Assembly (NCBI RefSeq): GCF_020745735.1
Contig: NC_083435.1
Location: forward strand, 35,632,121-35,696,120
DNA: 64,000 nucleotides
Direction of reading: 5' to 3'
Source of the DNA: Hemiscyllium ocellatum
Taxonomy: Eukaryota
How positions within the stretch are numbered: position 1 is the stretch's first letter; every line of letters begins with the position of its first letter. The translations under genes were made by a program, and so were the position numbers. The notes beneath the pieces were generated by a model. It made no database searches. It saw nothing but the letters and a program-made list of their open reading frames with translations, and was not told the DNA's origin. Shown piece after piece: positions 23,490 through 35,818 of this stretch.

Positions 23490-23795
23490 GGGGCAGCACG
23501 GTGGCACAGTGGTTAGCACTGCTGCCTCACAGCGCCAGGGACCTGGGTTCAATTCCCGCCTCAGGCGACTGACTGTGTGGAGTTTGCACATTCTCCCCGT
23601 GTCTGCGTGGGTTTCCTCCGGGTGCTCCGGTTTCCTCCCACAGTCCAAAGATGTGCGGGTCAGGTGAATTGGCCATGCTAAATTCCCCGTAGTGTTAGGT
23701 AAGGGGTATGGGTGGGTTGCGCTTCGGCGGGTCGGTGTGGACTTGTTGGGCCGAAGGGCCTGTTTCCACACTGTAAGTCTAATCTAATCTAATCT
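23490..23795 (+). mobile_element. HE1-type tRNA-derived V-SINE, best-preserved copy
   Basis: A box TGGCACAGTGG 23502-23512, B box GGTTCAATTCC 23546-23556, V-SINE central domain, CR1-like tail with (AATCT)n. Confidence 0.9.
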
Positions 23796-25339
23796 TATCT
23801 ATACCTGTCGGAGAAATTCAGCCCAATGGATCAGAGGCTACAAAGGAGAGTCATGGTGAAAATGACAAGCGGTTTAATGTATGAAGCGATATTGCAGAAG
23901 GGAAGCTGACCAGGCTGACACAGAACTGATTCTCTGCACAGATGGTCAGATGCTCTTCCCTGAGTGGAAGATACAGGGAGGCTTTATAGGGGTACGACAC
24001 AAAGGTGAGAATTGTAAACCAGCTACAGTACAATGCTGAAAATTTTGAAGTGACTCAAACAAAATAAACTGAATGGAAATTAATCAAACATCCGGCAGTA
24101 GCTATTCATTTGTAATTGCCAGGGGAGATTCCGGCCGTCTCCATGAGTGTCTTCTAGAGGACTCTTCACTGTATTTCCTGTCCATGCAAATATGTGTAAA
24201 TGCCCCTTCTCCTGGCATTCAGGTCTGTCCATGGTGTTCCTCCTGTAAGCAAAGTCTTCCGGGGCCTCTCAGTCTGCCTGCTTGTTTATGCCGTACAGTT
24301 TCAATGGGAAATCACCTGCCCTTAAGGTATTGGGACCGCCGTGCTAATCTGTGCTGGGAGGGCTGTTTGGGAAGTGTATTCTCTGGTCTGGGAGTAGCTT
24401 GGCCATGTCTGGTTTCTTTGTTCGCCTGTTTGGCCAAGCCTGAGGCATTGTGGGTGGGCTCGAAGTGTGTTGGCAGCCTTGATCTCTGAGTTTCTCATGT
24501 GGTCATGCTGTGGGTGGGCAGGGTAGCAGATCTTTCTCCCACCATACCTCGCCTGATTTTATAAAACTCTGTAACGTCACCCCTCAACCACCTACACTCC
24601 AGTTAAAAAGGTCCCAGACTATCCAGCCTCTCCTCATAATTCGAACCCTCCATCCTTGGCAACGTCCAGGCAAATCTCTTCTGAACCCTCTCCAGATTAA
24701 TAATAACCTTCCTATTACAGTTCAACAATCAATGAAAATAACTGAAATCCCTCATTCCTGTGACCATTCAAGTGAATCTTGTCTGTATTTTTTCCTCAAG
24801 TGTTCCTGTCCTTCCTAATACATTGGTTCATTCTGGCTGGATCAGCAATTATTGCCCGTCCCTAATTGGCCTTGAGAAGGTGGTAGTGAGCTACTCTCTT
24901 GAACTGCTGCAGTCTGTGTGCTGTCGTGTCTTGAATTAAAGGCAGTCCTTCAACTCTCATAGATAAGTTTCGCATAACTTTGTATCTACCTTACTTTATC
25001 CCTCTACCTGTCAAGCCCATGATTAGAAATACTTTATTAACTGTTTTGTTAGCCTGTTCTGTCATGTTTGTATCCAAGTCTCTCCAAGTTGCCCTGTCCT
25101 TCCATACCGTTTTAACTCACTGAGGTCACAATATTAACTTAGTTACAAATCACACAACACCAGGTTATAGTCCAACAGGTTTAACTGGAAGCACTAGCTT
25201 CCAGCTGTGGAGCCCTTACACGATCAGTATCCTTCTATTCCCTTCCTATTCATATATTCTTCCAACAGTCCTCTGGCAGCGCGTTCCAGGCACTCACCTC
25301 CTTCTGTGTGAGAAACATGCCTTGCACATCTCTTTTCTC

Positions 25340-26090
25340 TTACTGGAAAATATTTATTCGTTTACAAAAATTTTTAAAATACAAAGATGCAGGAGAATAG
25401 AGATAATGCAACATTATTATGTTACAGTAATATTAGCAATAAACCACTTTCTATTCTACAGGATACAATCAACTTATACTTACATAACACAAATTAAACT
25501 AAAATGAAATGAAATGAAATGAAATGACATTACATTACTTCACCAGTCACACCTCCACCGGCACTCCCATCCACAGCAGCAACAGTTATTATATCCGTAT
25601 TTATCCTCCTCCCCCTGGTTCCCTAGACTGCCATGGCCATACAAAGGCCCTAGTCAGTATCACCAACTAAATCTGTGTCTATGTAATTTAAAAAGGGCTG
25701 CCCCATCTTATAAAATCGCTCTGTTCCATGGTGCAGCATACTTGTCAGATAATCTTGGGGGATGTGCTCCACCACGAGTCTGCGTCACCCCACAAGATCT
25801 CGGGGGGGGGGAGAGGGGGGTGGTTCTGATGTCCAGTTCACTGGAATGTTCTACCTCACACAGTGGGGAAGAATGTTAAATAACCTCTTCCCGTGCTCAC
25901 CCAGAGAGGGCAGATGCGGTAATCCCCAGAGATACCGGGTCGGCCTCAAGTTCAATTCCCAGGATCTTCTCCAACTCATTCACTATGGCACCCCGGTATC
26001 CATGAAGCTTGCAACAGGAGCAGAAACAATGTGTCAGGATGCCTGTGCTAATTTTACATCTAGGACATCCTGCACGCGTCTCTTTTAAAC
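25340..26090 (-). mobile_element. L1/Tx1-clade LINE 3' fragment
   Basis: C-terminal WQPFLNY-like motif and A-rich tail on the minus strand. Confidence 0.5.
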
Positions 26091-26127
26091 ATCCCCTCCC
26101 CCCTGCACTTTGAACCTGTGTCCCCTA

Positions 26128-26737
26128 TGTTAGAAATGGGGAAAAGTGTTATTTTTACAGATATAGGAAAAGCATACAGAAAAGGGGGACAGCATGAGAA
26201 CTATTCACCCTGCAGGGATTTAGGGAAGAGTATCTCTACAACTCAGTGCATAATTAGGGATAATGTAGGTTTATTAAAGAAAATAATTCCTTTTACCATA
26301 ATGTTTAAAACAACAGTTTCAGCAAAAAGCTAGGATTACTGAAACATATAAGCGAAGCATGGAAAAAGATACATTGTTAAGTTGTACAAGAATGGAATGT
26401 ACCTATGGATAATGAAAGAAGTTACAAAGGGGAACGTGGAGATAAGAGTTGAGCCTTATGACAGCACGTGCAAGGGGGAAATTGCCAGCTTGGAAAGAAG
26501 GGGGCAATGGGCGTGGGGCATCGGTGGGCAGAAGCGAAATAGTAAGAGAGATTGTTAATAAGGAGTCTGGAGAGATGACCTCACTCAGCTCAAAGGGTAT
26601 AACTGTACACTAACCGAAGTTCTAATTTGCTTTCATTTGCTAATGCAATTGAAGCCCTTACTTGCAAGTTCCTAACAAATTGTATTTTTCCAGCTTTGGT
26701 GGTCTCATCTAAATTTTATTGAAGTTTGTGTCTAACG
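26128..26737 (+). mobile_element. Probable solo LTR
   Basis: TGTTAGA...TCTAAC(G) termini, near-matching 4-bp flanks (CCTA/CCTC). Confidence 0.5.
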
Positions 26738-26744
26738 CCTCGTA

Positions 26745-27250
26745 ATTGACCCCTCCCCCAGTGAAAAAGCCTCATACTTTCCACTCTATCTATGCCATTC
26801 ACAATCTTATAAACTTCTATATAAACTTATAACCTCAACCTCCTGCGTTCCAGTGAAAACACACCCATTTTATCCCAACCTTTCTTCACAGCTAAAATCT
26901 CTTATAGCAGGCAACATGCTGGGAAACCTTTCCGGGGCTCTCCGCAAAGCATCCACATCCTTCTGGTGGTTTGGTGACCAGAAATGTGTGCAATATTCCA
27001 AGTGTGGCCTAACTAAAGTTCTGTAAAGGCTGCAGCATAACTTGCTGCTCCTTGTACTCAATGCCCCTTCCAATGAAGGCAGGCCATAGGCCTTTTCTAC
27101 TACTTTTATCTACCTTCAGTGACCTGTGGACCCGCATACTCAGATCCCTCTGCATTTCCATACTCCTCTTTGTTCTACCATTCTCTGCAGAATTTCTACC
27201 TTACTTCACTGTCCAAAGTGCATCACCTCTCATACAATGGTTGACAAACA
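26745..27250 (-). mobile_element. CR1/L2 LINE 3' fragment
   Basis: LYRTLVRPHLEYCTHFWSP motif. Confidence 0.75.
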
Positions 27251-27499
27251 ATTAGAGAAAGTGTACCTTGCTCAGTAATTAATGCAACCTTCTTATGGCT
27301 TGTTGAGTGATAGCAGACTATTTTGTTCGTCTGCATTCATTACCACCCTCAACACGGCACTTTGGTCGTGCTGACAACACCTGTCTTGCTTGACAACGAG
27401 ATTAAAGGCTATGGGAGTGGAACAGAATGTAGAAGCCCCACTCAGATCTGTCACGATCTCAGTCAAGGGCAGAATTGACCCAAGTGACCAAATGGCCTT

Positions 27500-28440
27500 C
27501 CCCTGCCCTTAATGTTTGGACGTCCATTCTTGCGACTCAGGGGAGAGGAACCAAGCCTTTTGGAATCGGGAGCGAGTGAAAGAGTTATGGCGGGTGGAGG
27601 GTGGGCAGGGGTGTGGAGTGTTATATGTGTACCCCTCTAGTCTTTAGGCATGATCCCCTTTCTGGAGGCAGTCAGTTTGTTTGCCTTCCGGCTGAGCAAC
27701 TGACCCAATCCCAGGGCCGTGGGAGACACTCCGGAGACCAGCCCTTATACCCTAGCCCCTGACTGCACTGCTCTATAGGTACGTTCTCTTTAACATCCAA
27801 TCTGTCTCCCCTCTGTGAGACTCCGAAACTGAACAGACGTCTTTCAAAGCCTGACCTTCGCGTGGCGGATCTCCGCTCTTAACAACCGGTCTAAGGCAGA
27901 CGTCTGTACAGAGAACTCCCCGGAGGAGAGACCTGACCGGTCCAGAGACCGACCCTTATACCCCCCCGTCTATTCTTACTCGTGGCAGATCGAAACAGTC
28001 CGAGACACACAGATGAGGTAGCGAAAGTTTATTCAAACTTGCAAGCTTGGGTGCTCTCCCGAAGAGAGAGACCCCGAGGTATTTACAACAGCGATATTTA
28101 TACATTATTTTTATATTATTTTTCCCGCTCATGCATGCAGTGTAAGAATTCTATTGGTGAAAGCATTTCCCGCTTCCCTGTGCCAGCTTTTTGGTTATCT
28201 GTATTTTTCTAATATTCTGTGAGCCTCTATTGTACTGCAGTCTCCTGTTGTTTTACAGATTCAAGGTTACCAGCTTACATAACAGCTTAGTTTTTAAGAA
28301 TAACAACTTACATCAGTTTATTCAAGGTTACGAGCTACCATGTTTTTGACATAACAGCTTCTCCGTGTTTCCAAGCTAACTTACATTCAGTCTCAACAGT
28401 TAACCCTTACTCGTTAACCCTTACTCAACTGCAGAAATTA
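27500..28440 (-). mobile_element. Possible endogenous retrovirus LTR plus leader fragment
   Basis: U3-like short direct repeats (ttcaaggttac, acataacagctt), minus-strand AATAAA near 28027; no PBS recognised. Confidence 0.3.
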
Positions 28441-29121
28441 CATCACCCATATCAGAGTTGAGGCTGAAATTAGATCATAGTAAATGCTGGAGTGGGCTCG
28501 AGGGACTGGATTACCTCCTCCTGCTTCACATTCCTCCATTTGTATTTCCTTTAGCTGCTTCCGAAAGCCCGACACCTGCTCCTCATTTCATCCCAACAGT
28601 TCAGACAGTGTGATCTCACAGCGTGCATTCCTGTTTACAACTCAGTCAGAAGCACGTTTCAGGCAGCATCCCAGGAGCAGGAAAATCGACATTTCGGGCC
28701 AGAATTCATGATGAAGGGCTCTAGCCCAAAACGACAATTTTCCTGCTCCTTGGATGCTGACTGACCTGCTGTGCTTTTCCAGCACCACATTCTCAACTCT
28801 GATCTCCAGCATCTGCAGTCCTCACTTTCTCCCAAAATTCATTACAATGTTGGATGTGGGATCTTGCTGTGTGTCAATTGTGTTTCCCTGAAAGTAGCGA
28901 CTCTTCAATAAAGCACTTTTTGATTCCAAGTGTGGCCTAACTAAAGTTCTATAAAGCCGCAGCATAATTTGGCTATCCTTGTACTCAATGCCCCTTCCAA
29001 TGACACATCCTGAGGTTGTGAAAGATGTTATATCAATAAAGCCCTTTATTGATAGCAATTGTTCAGCTGACCTTAGCATGGATCAGGAGTGGGACCATTG
29101 CAAGAACCTTCTGAGCTACAG

Positions 29122-30547
29122 CCATGGGCACCCGCGTGGGCCCCAGTTATGTCTGCCTCTTCGTAGGATATGTGGAACAGTCCATCTTCCACAGCTACAC
29201 TGGCACCACCCCCCACCTTCTCCTCCGCTACATCAATGACTGTATCGGTGCTGCCTCGTGCTCCCATGAGGAGGTGGAACAGTTCATCCACTTTACTAAC
29301 ACCTTCCACTCCGACCTCAAATTTACCTGGACCGTCTCAGACTCCTCCCTCCCCTTCCTGGACCTCTCCATTTCTATCTCGGGCGACTGACTCAACACAG
29401 ACATTTACTATCAACCAACCGATAATAACCGATAGTAATCTAGGTCCCACAGCCGCATCTGCTCCCAGGAGGACCAGTTCCAAAACCGAACAACCCAGAT
29501 GGCCTCCTTCTTCAAAGACTGCAATTTCCCCTCAGACGTGATCAACGATGTCCTCCACCGCATCTCCTCCACTTCCCGCTCCTCTGCCCTTGAACCCCGC
29601 CCCTCCAATCGCCACCAGGACAGAACCCCCCTGGTCCTCACCTACCACTCCACCAACCTCCATATACAGCGTATCATCCTTCGTCATTTCCGTCACCTCC
29701 AAACAGACCCCACCAGCAAAGATATATTTCCCTCCCCTCCCCTATCAGCATTCTGGAAAGACCACTCCCTCCGCGACTCCCTCGTCAGGTCCACACCCCC
29801 CACCAACCCAACCTCCACTCCCGGCACCTTCCCCTGCAACCACAAGAAACGCAAAACTTGCACCCACACCTCCCTCTTCACTTCCCTCCAAGGCCCGAAG
29901 GGATCCTTCCATATTTGTCACAAATTCACCTGCACCACCTCACACATTATTTACTGTATCCGCTGCACCCGATGTGGCCTCCTCTATATTGGGGAGACAG
30001 GCCTCCTACTTGTGGAATGTTTCAGGGAACACCTCTGGGATGCCCGGACCAACCAACCCAACCGCCCCATGGCTCAACACTTTAACTCCCCCTCCCAATC
30101 CACCAAGGACATGCATGTCCTTGGCCTCCTCCATCGCCAGACCATGGCAACACGACATCTGGAGGAAGAGCACCTTATCTTCTGCCTAGGAACCCTCCAA
30201 CCATAAGGGATGAATGCAGATTTCACCAGCTTCCTCATTTCCCCTCCCCCCACCTTATCTCAGTCCCAACCCTCGGACTCAGCACCGCCTTCTTGACCTG
30301 CAATCTTCTTCCCAACCACTCCGCCCCCACCCCCACTCCGGCCTATCACCCTCACCTTAACCTCCTTCCACCTACTGCATTCCCAATGCCCCTCCCCCAA
30401 GTCCCTCCTCCCTACCTATTATCTTAGCCTGCTTGGCACATCTCCCTCATTCCTGAAGAAGGGCTTATGCCCGAAACGTTGATTCTCCTGTACCTTGGAT
30501 GCTGCCTGACCTGCTGCGCTTTTCCAGCAACACATTTTTCAGCTCCT
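29122..30547 (+). mobile_element. 5'-truncated Penelope-like element (Neptune-type): RT C-terminus plus GIY-YIG endonuclease
   Basis: MGTRVGPSY..LF, RYINDC (YIDD), IYCIRCTRCGLLYIGET; 13-bp direct repeat TTCTGAGCTACAG at 29109-29121 and 30548-30560. Confidence 0.9.
30449..30484 (+). ncRNA. Minimal hammerhead ribozyme motif
   Basis: ATTC-CTGAAGA-A-GGGC TTAT GCCC-GAAA-CG-TT-GATT. Confidence 0.55.
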
Positions 30548-31129
30548 TTCTGAGCTACAGGATAAAGACAAAATTAAGCAAAGCCTCATGATTCAGGAAA
30601 CAAACACATGGAACTAAGCTGAGGGCAAGGTGCCCCTACAGTAGAATGGTCCTCCCTTCTGAGGTTAAACTGTGGCCTGTTTTCACACCCTGTCTGACCG
30701 GGAAGCAGTAAATTTACATCTTCAGCTCAGAAGGAAACAAATGCATTTGCAACATTTTATAAAAGTACTCGTGGTGCCCTCTTGTGGTTAATCACTCCCG
30801 CATTATGACATTGGATCAAGATGGAAATCACATGCTTATCACAACAGGTCAAACGCATCATATTACACTGGTTTGCCAGTGTACATTACGTGTGTATTCC
30901 ATCTATAACCTATTTAAAAAAAAATGTTGGCACCCCACTTTCCCATCCTGTTCAATTTGGGTGGGACTGTGTAGTGCATTCATTGATCGCCAAGCCATGA
31001 AATGATAGAGTGGTTATGTTGCAGAAGACCAGCTCTCTACAATTGTTGATCTCACTCCCCTGCACTCCAGTCCCCCTATAGATGTTTGCTCTTCAAACAC
31101 TTAACCTTTTAGAATATAGGTCTTGGTGT

Positions 31130-32480
31130 CTTAAGGTCAGCGAGATCATTTCTGTCCAGGTTTCTAGGAATTCTCGTATGTTCCTCAGAACCACCCGTTC
31201 CTCAGAAACAAACCCAAACAAGCAGACAGAATACAATCAAAAACTATAGCCCTGTTGCCTTACATCAAGGACATATCAGAAATGACTCCCAGAATACTCA
31301 GATCCCTTGCATCATGGCAGCCCACAAACCCATCAACACACTTAAACAGTGACTAATGAACCTCAAGGGTCATTAAATCTAGCAGCAAAACGAACATCAT
31401 TTACAAAATACCATACAAGAACTGCAACAAACACTATATTGGACAAACAGGCACCAGGATACATGAAACCAGCTCACCACCGAAAGACATGATCCACTAT
31501 CACTATCACAGACAAAGAAGGACATGACTTTGACTGGGACAATACACACATCCTAGGACAGGCGATACAAAGACATGTATGAGAATTCCTAAAAACATGG
31601 CATTCTTATCAGAACGCCATTGATAAACACATTGATTTGGACCCCATTTACCATCCTCTGATAAAAAGAACCAGAAATGATATCACTGACCTTAAAGGGG
31701 GCATGGTGGCTCAATGGTTAGCTACTGCTGCCTCACAACACCAAGGTCCCAGGTTCAATTCCAGCCTCTGGTGACTGTCTGTGTGGAGGTTGCACATTCT
31801 CCCCACATCTGCGTGGGTTTGCTCCAGCTTCCTCCCACAGTCCAAAGATGTGTGGGTCAGGTTAATTGGCCGTGCTAAATTGCCCATAGTGTTAGGTGCA
31901 TTAGTCAGAGAGAAATGGGTCTGGCTGGGTTACTCTTCGGAGGGTCAGTGTGGACTGGTTGGGCCGAAGGGCCTGTTTCCACATTGTAGGGAATCTGAAT
32001 CTAATCGGTGGGCTGTGTTTATTGGATACGCGTTCTTCCTGAAAACATTGTATAGATATGTATCTTCTGCTTTTTGTAGTTCTTGGGTGCTGCAGTGTGA
32101 CCTGGTTGAATATAACAATATGCTGATGTAGCTCCATTCGTGGGTGTTGGGGTGATTGCCTCTGAAGAGGAGTTTTTGGTCTGGGTTTGTTGTTTTCCTG
32201 TTGAACACAATCACCCCAACAAACCCAGACCAAACACTCAACTTCAGAAGCAATCACCCCAACACCCACAAACAGAGCTGCATTGGATGGTATTTCAACG
32301 GGGAGACATGAGCACCAACTATCAGGAAATGACATCACCCACCTTTAGAAACCAATAGAGAAACGGGCCATACCGCCAGCGCTTCACCGGAGGCTCAGTG
32401 ATGATGTTACTTAGTCATGGTGACAAAATGTCTGAAAACACACCTCAGCGAGCAAACCTACATCCTGAGCTACAAATCTT
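31130..32480. mobile_element. Rearranged Poseidon-type Penelope fragments interrupted by a SINE
   Basis: LPYIKDISE, YIGQT and HIDLDPIY motifs (+); KAEDTYLYNVFRKNAYP (-); 3' end at 32330-32480. Confidence 0.75.
31700..32005 (+). mobile_element. HE1-type SINE
   Basis: Consensus similarity with an aatct tail. Confidence 0.85.
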
Positions 32481-33829
32481 TTCAAAAATCGCTATTTACT
32501 GAATCCCTCAGTCCCAAACACCATCCTGTTGAAAACTTTGCTGTCTCTTCCTTCCAGCCTTTACCTCTGCCTGGAGTGTGGAATTCAGAATTATACCTGT
32601 GCTACTTCAGGTCACACCACGTTTCTGCTATGGAAAGCACACTGGTTAGCTCAGTTGGCTGTATGGCTGGTCTGTGATGCAGATCATGGGTTGATTTTCC
32701 GCGCTGGCTGAGCTGACCATAAAGGCTTCTCCTTCTTAATCTCTCTCCTCACACAAGGCACGGTGACCCTTAGGTTAAACCACTACCTGTCATTGCTGCC
32801 TGATCAGAGAGAGCGGCCCTCCAGTCTGGTGAGACTATGGTGATTTCACCTTTATTATAACTTCTCTGTTTTTCCATACTAATCCTCCATTTAAAAGTCC
32901 AGGGGCCCAGATGTCATTTTAAAATTCCCCACCACCTTCAGCAATTTGTGCCTACATTACATACACCAGTTGGCGTTTGGACAAACAGGAAATGATATCA
33001 TCAAACCTCCAAGATTTGGAGGGGGGGGCTGGTTTTGGTAATTACTGAAGCAATGTTTCCCCACAGCCATCTGGCTTGCTAATATTTTTAGGACAGAGGG
33101 AGAGAGGTGTCTTGTTAGATGAAGGAATGAAAGGTAATTGAGGATAGATGGGGGCAAGGAATCTGTAACACAGGCAGATCAGCCATGATCTTTTTCAATA
33201 GTAGAGCAAGGCTCAAGCAGCCAAATAGTCCACTACTGCACGTATAAGGTGTGGGACAGGAAGTAGCCATTTCTGGGAATGGTGTCTTCATAGTCGGCAT
33301 CAAGGTGAAGCAATCTGGAAAGGATGTCCTCTCCCACCCCTTCCCCCCCCCCATCTCATTCCCACACCCGATCTTCCTCCCTCGCCCTCTCCTCACACTC
33401 TACACTCTCTTTATCCCGTACCCCTACCTAAACACCTTCCCCCTTGTTCCCTATCATGTCCTCTACTATATCCTTCCCACCTGCATCAAAATGGGATCAG
33501 AATGGAAAAGTTGACGGATTTCCCATTCCAGAGATGGTGTTCCTAAGGGATAACGCAGGATCTGTCTGTTGAAGTTGAAGATGAGAATTTAGTGTCAGAC
33601 ACACCCACACACCCGGTTTTTAAATTCTTTATTTGTTTTCACAAAACCAGTAAAAATAAAAAATAGCAAAGAGGAATAATTGAAAATTATGATTTTAATA
33701 CATTATAATTTCCAGCTTCAAGCAATTATGCCTCAGATCAATAATGTAATCATTAAATCTTTCACGTTCTCTCCAGGAATAAAATATATAAAATCCAGGT
33801 GGGACTGGATGGGTTAGATGCAGGAAGAA

Positions 33830-34135
33830 TGTAACCGATGTTAAGCACGTCCACAACTCGCAGTTACAGTCTAAGAGTAAGGGGTAAGTCATTCAGGCCT
33901 GACGTGAGAAAGAATTTCTTCACTCAGAGAGTTGTGAAGCTGTGGAATTCTCCTCCACAGTCTGCATATTACAGGGGGAACTGGATGCAGCCCCGGCAGC
34001 TGAAGGGATCAAGGAATATGAGGAGAGGGCAGCAATGGGATACTGAGATTGTATGATCAGCCGTGATGGTACTGAATGGTGGTGCAGGCTCATAGGGGTG
34101 AATGGTCTACTTCACCTATTGTCTATGTTTCTATG
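33830..34135 (+). mobile_element. CR1 3' end
   Basis: SLRVRGKSFRPDVRKNFFTQRVVKLWNS motif. Confidence 0.8.
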
Positions 34136-35624
34136 TAAAACAAGCCTTAACACCCCACCTCTATCCTCCTTACATGAGCCTTAACTCTTGCCTCGGCACA
34201 TTAATTTCCCTCCAAGGAGTAATCCAAGCACAGCATTAACCCTCCTACTATTGCATTAATCTCCTTCCAAGAATTAACCCGTTCAGAACATTACTTCTCC
34301 CATCGAATTCAGCCACCATTCAAGAATCAAGTGCCCCTTTGATTATTAAGGTTTTAAGCCTGACTCAAAGCATTAATCGCGATTAGAGTGGTGCTGAAAA
34401 AGCACAGCAGTCCCGGCAGCATCCGAAGAGTAGGAAAGTCGACTTTTCGGGCAAAAGCCCTTCATCAGACATTAATCCACTTCCAACCACTTTGAAGACC
34501 CTCCCATAAACATTAAAATTCACCAAGTATTAACCCTAACTCTTGTGCATGAATACACTTCGTGCAACAACCACGTTGAGCACTGATGAACTCTTGGTTT
34601 GGGAAGCTCTCTCTCGGAGTATTAACTCCCAGTCTGAACTCCATCCCTTCCGAGGATTAATACGCTCGGAGCATTATTCCCACCCCGACCCCACTGAGGA
34701 TTATTTTGTTCTGAATATTAAATTACCCCAACCTCCCCTCACATTAAAACTCCCTAAGCATTAACCCACTCTACTAACCTCTAATAAATGATGTTAATTC
34801 ACCCCTGAGTGCTAAGCTGCCCTTGAATGTATTATAAATTGTAACACAAGGTCTGGTTACAAATATATTATGCCAAGAATTTTGAAAATCTTGGTCCTGA
34901 TTCTCTGTTATAAGGGTATTCGGTGCCAGTTTTCCAGTGTGTTTGATATGAAGTGTGAGACTGAACCTGTATTCAATGGAGTGGTTTTGACCCTTGGTCA
35001 GACGCAGCTGAGGGAGCAGTGCCCACTCACTCTTTCCCTTCTCTGCTCTCTTGATCTTTATTGCTTGTTCTCCCAGGTCTGAGAGAGAGCCAGACGCCCT
35101 CTGCAATTAATGAGGCAGGTAAACGGAGGGCAGGAAGAGTGTGGAGAGGATTCTTCCTGGATCAGGAAGGGCTCAGAAGGCACCATCGGCACTGCCTCAT
35201 CCGATGTCTCTGGCCCTTGGAAAGGACACTGAGTGGATCAGCTGATCATGGAGTTCCGGATCTGGAATGTCACATACAGGGGAAAGGATGACTGAATTCC
35301 TTGCTTAGTTGGCATTCGTCCACTAACCCGGTTCCCAAGGACAATTCACGGTGGTTTTTAGACTATTATTAAACACATCTTTTACCATTTGCCATGGGGG
35401 GATTTGAACTCTGGTCCCCAGACCATCAGCTTGGTGATTAACAGTGCCGTGATTTTACCACTGTATCACGGTTACCAAGGTAACTGAAGATTAAGCAAGT
35501 TTAAAAGTGCAGATTGTTACAGCAGCAGAATGTGACTGTTCATATTTACAAATTATTGGCGTCTAATTCAAATCACATCAAGAGTGTGAAGAAAGTGTCA
35601 CAGACAAGCAAGAGCCGCAAAACG

Positions 35625-35818
35625 CTACTTTTCAATTTCCACCATCATGTGATCGGGGGCAGCCCCAGGATCGGTCAGAGAAGGGTCTGGCTTCATAACC
35701 AGCGGTTCTTGCACACTGTCTCCTGAACTGGTATCGCTGGAAGGAGGTGTGACAAGGGGCTTTGCACTTTCACTGGTGTCTGAACCGTTGCTGTGCAGTG
35801 TTTGGCTGCCTTCACAAC
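35625..35818 (-). CDS. Gene B exon 7, terminal cytoplasmic exon ending ...MMVEIEK*
   Basis: Acceptor ctctcttcattag, open for 63 codons to TAG at 35625-35627; AATAAA at 35057-35062 downstream. Confidence 0.65.

Noticed and set aside
23490-23570. tRNA gene (A and B boxes)
   Set aside because: It is the tRNA-derived head of an HE1-type SINE, followed by the V domain and LINE tail.
34441-34468. Sense-strand hammerhead ~590 nt past the gene B poly(A) signal as a termination element
   Set aside because: The core is intact but stem I is broken by truncation of the element, so activity is unlikely.
34140-34770. Recurring cattaac(c) motifs suggesting a hidden periodic repeat
   Set aside because: No stable period can be established by eye; probably an old degenerate minisatellite.
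35031-35100. Extra exon-like segment downstream of gene B (AG...GTGAGT, open frames)
   Set aside because: Lies after the TAG at 35625 and contains the likely AATAAA; using it needs a weak internal donor (ATG|gtggaa). Cannot be excluded as a minor isoform without cDNA.
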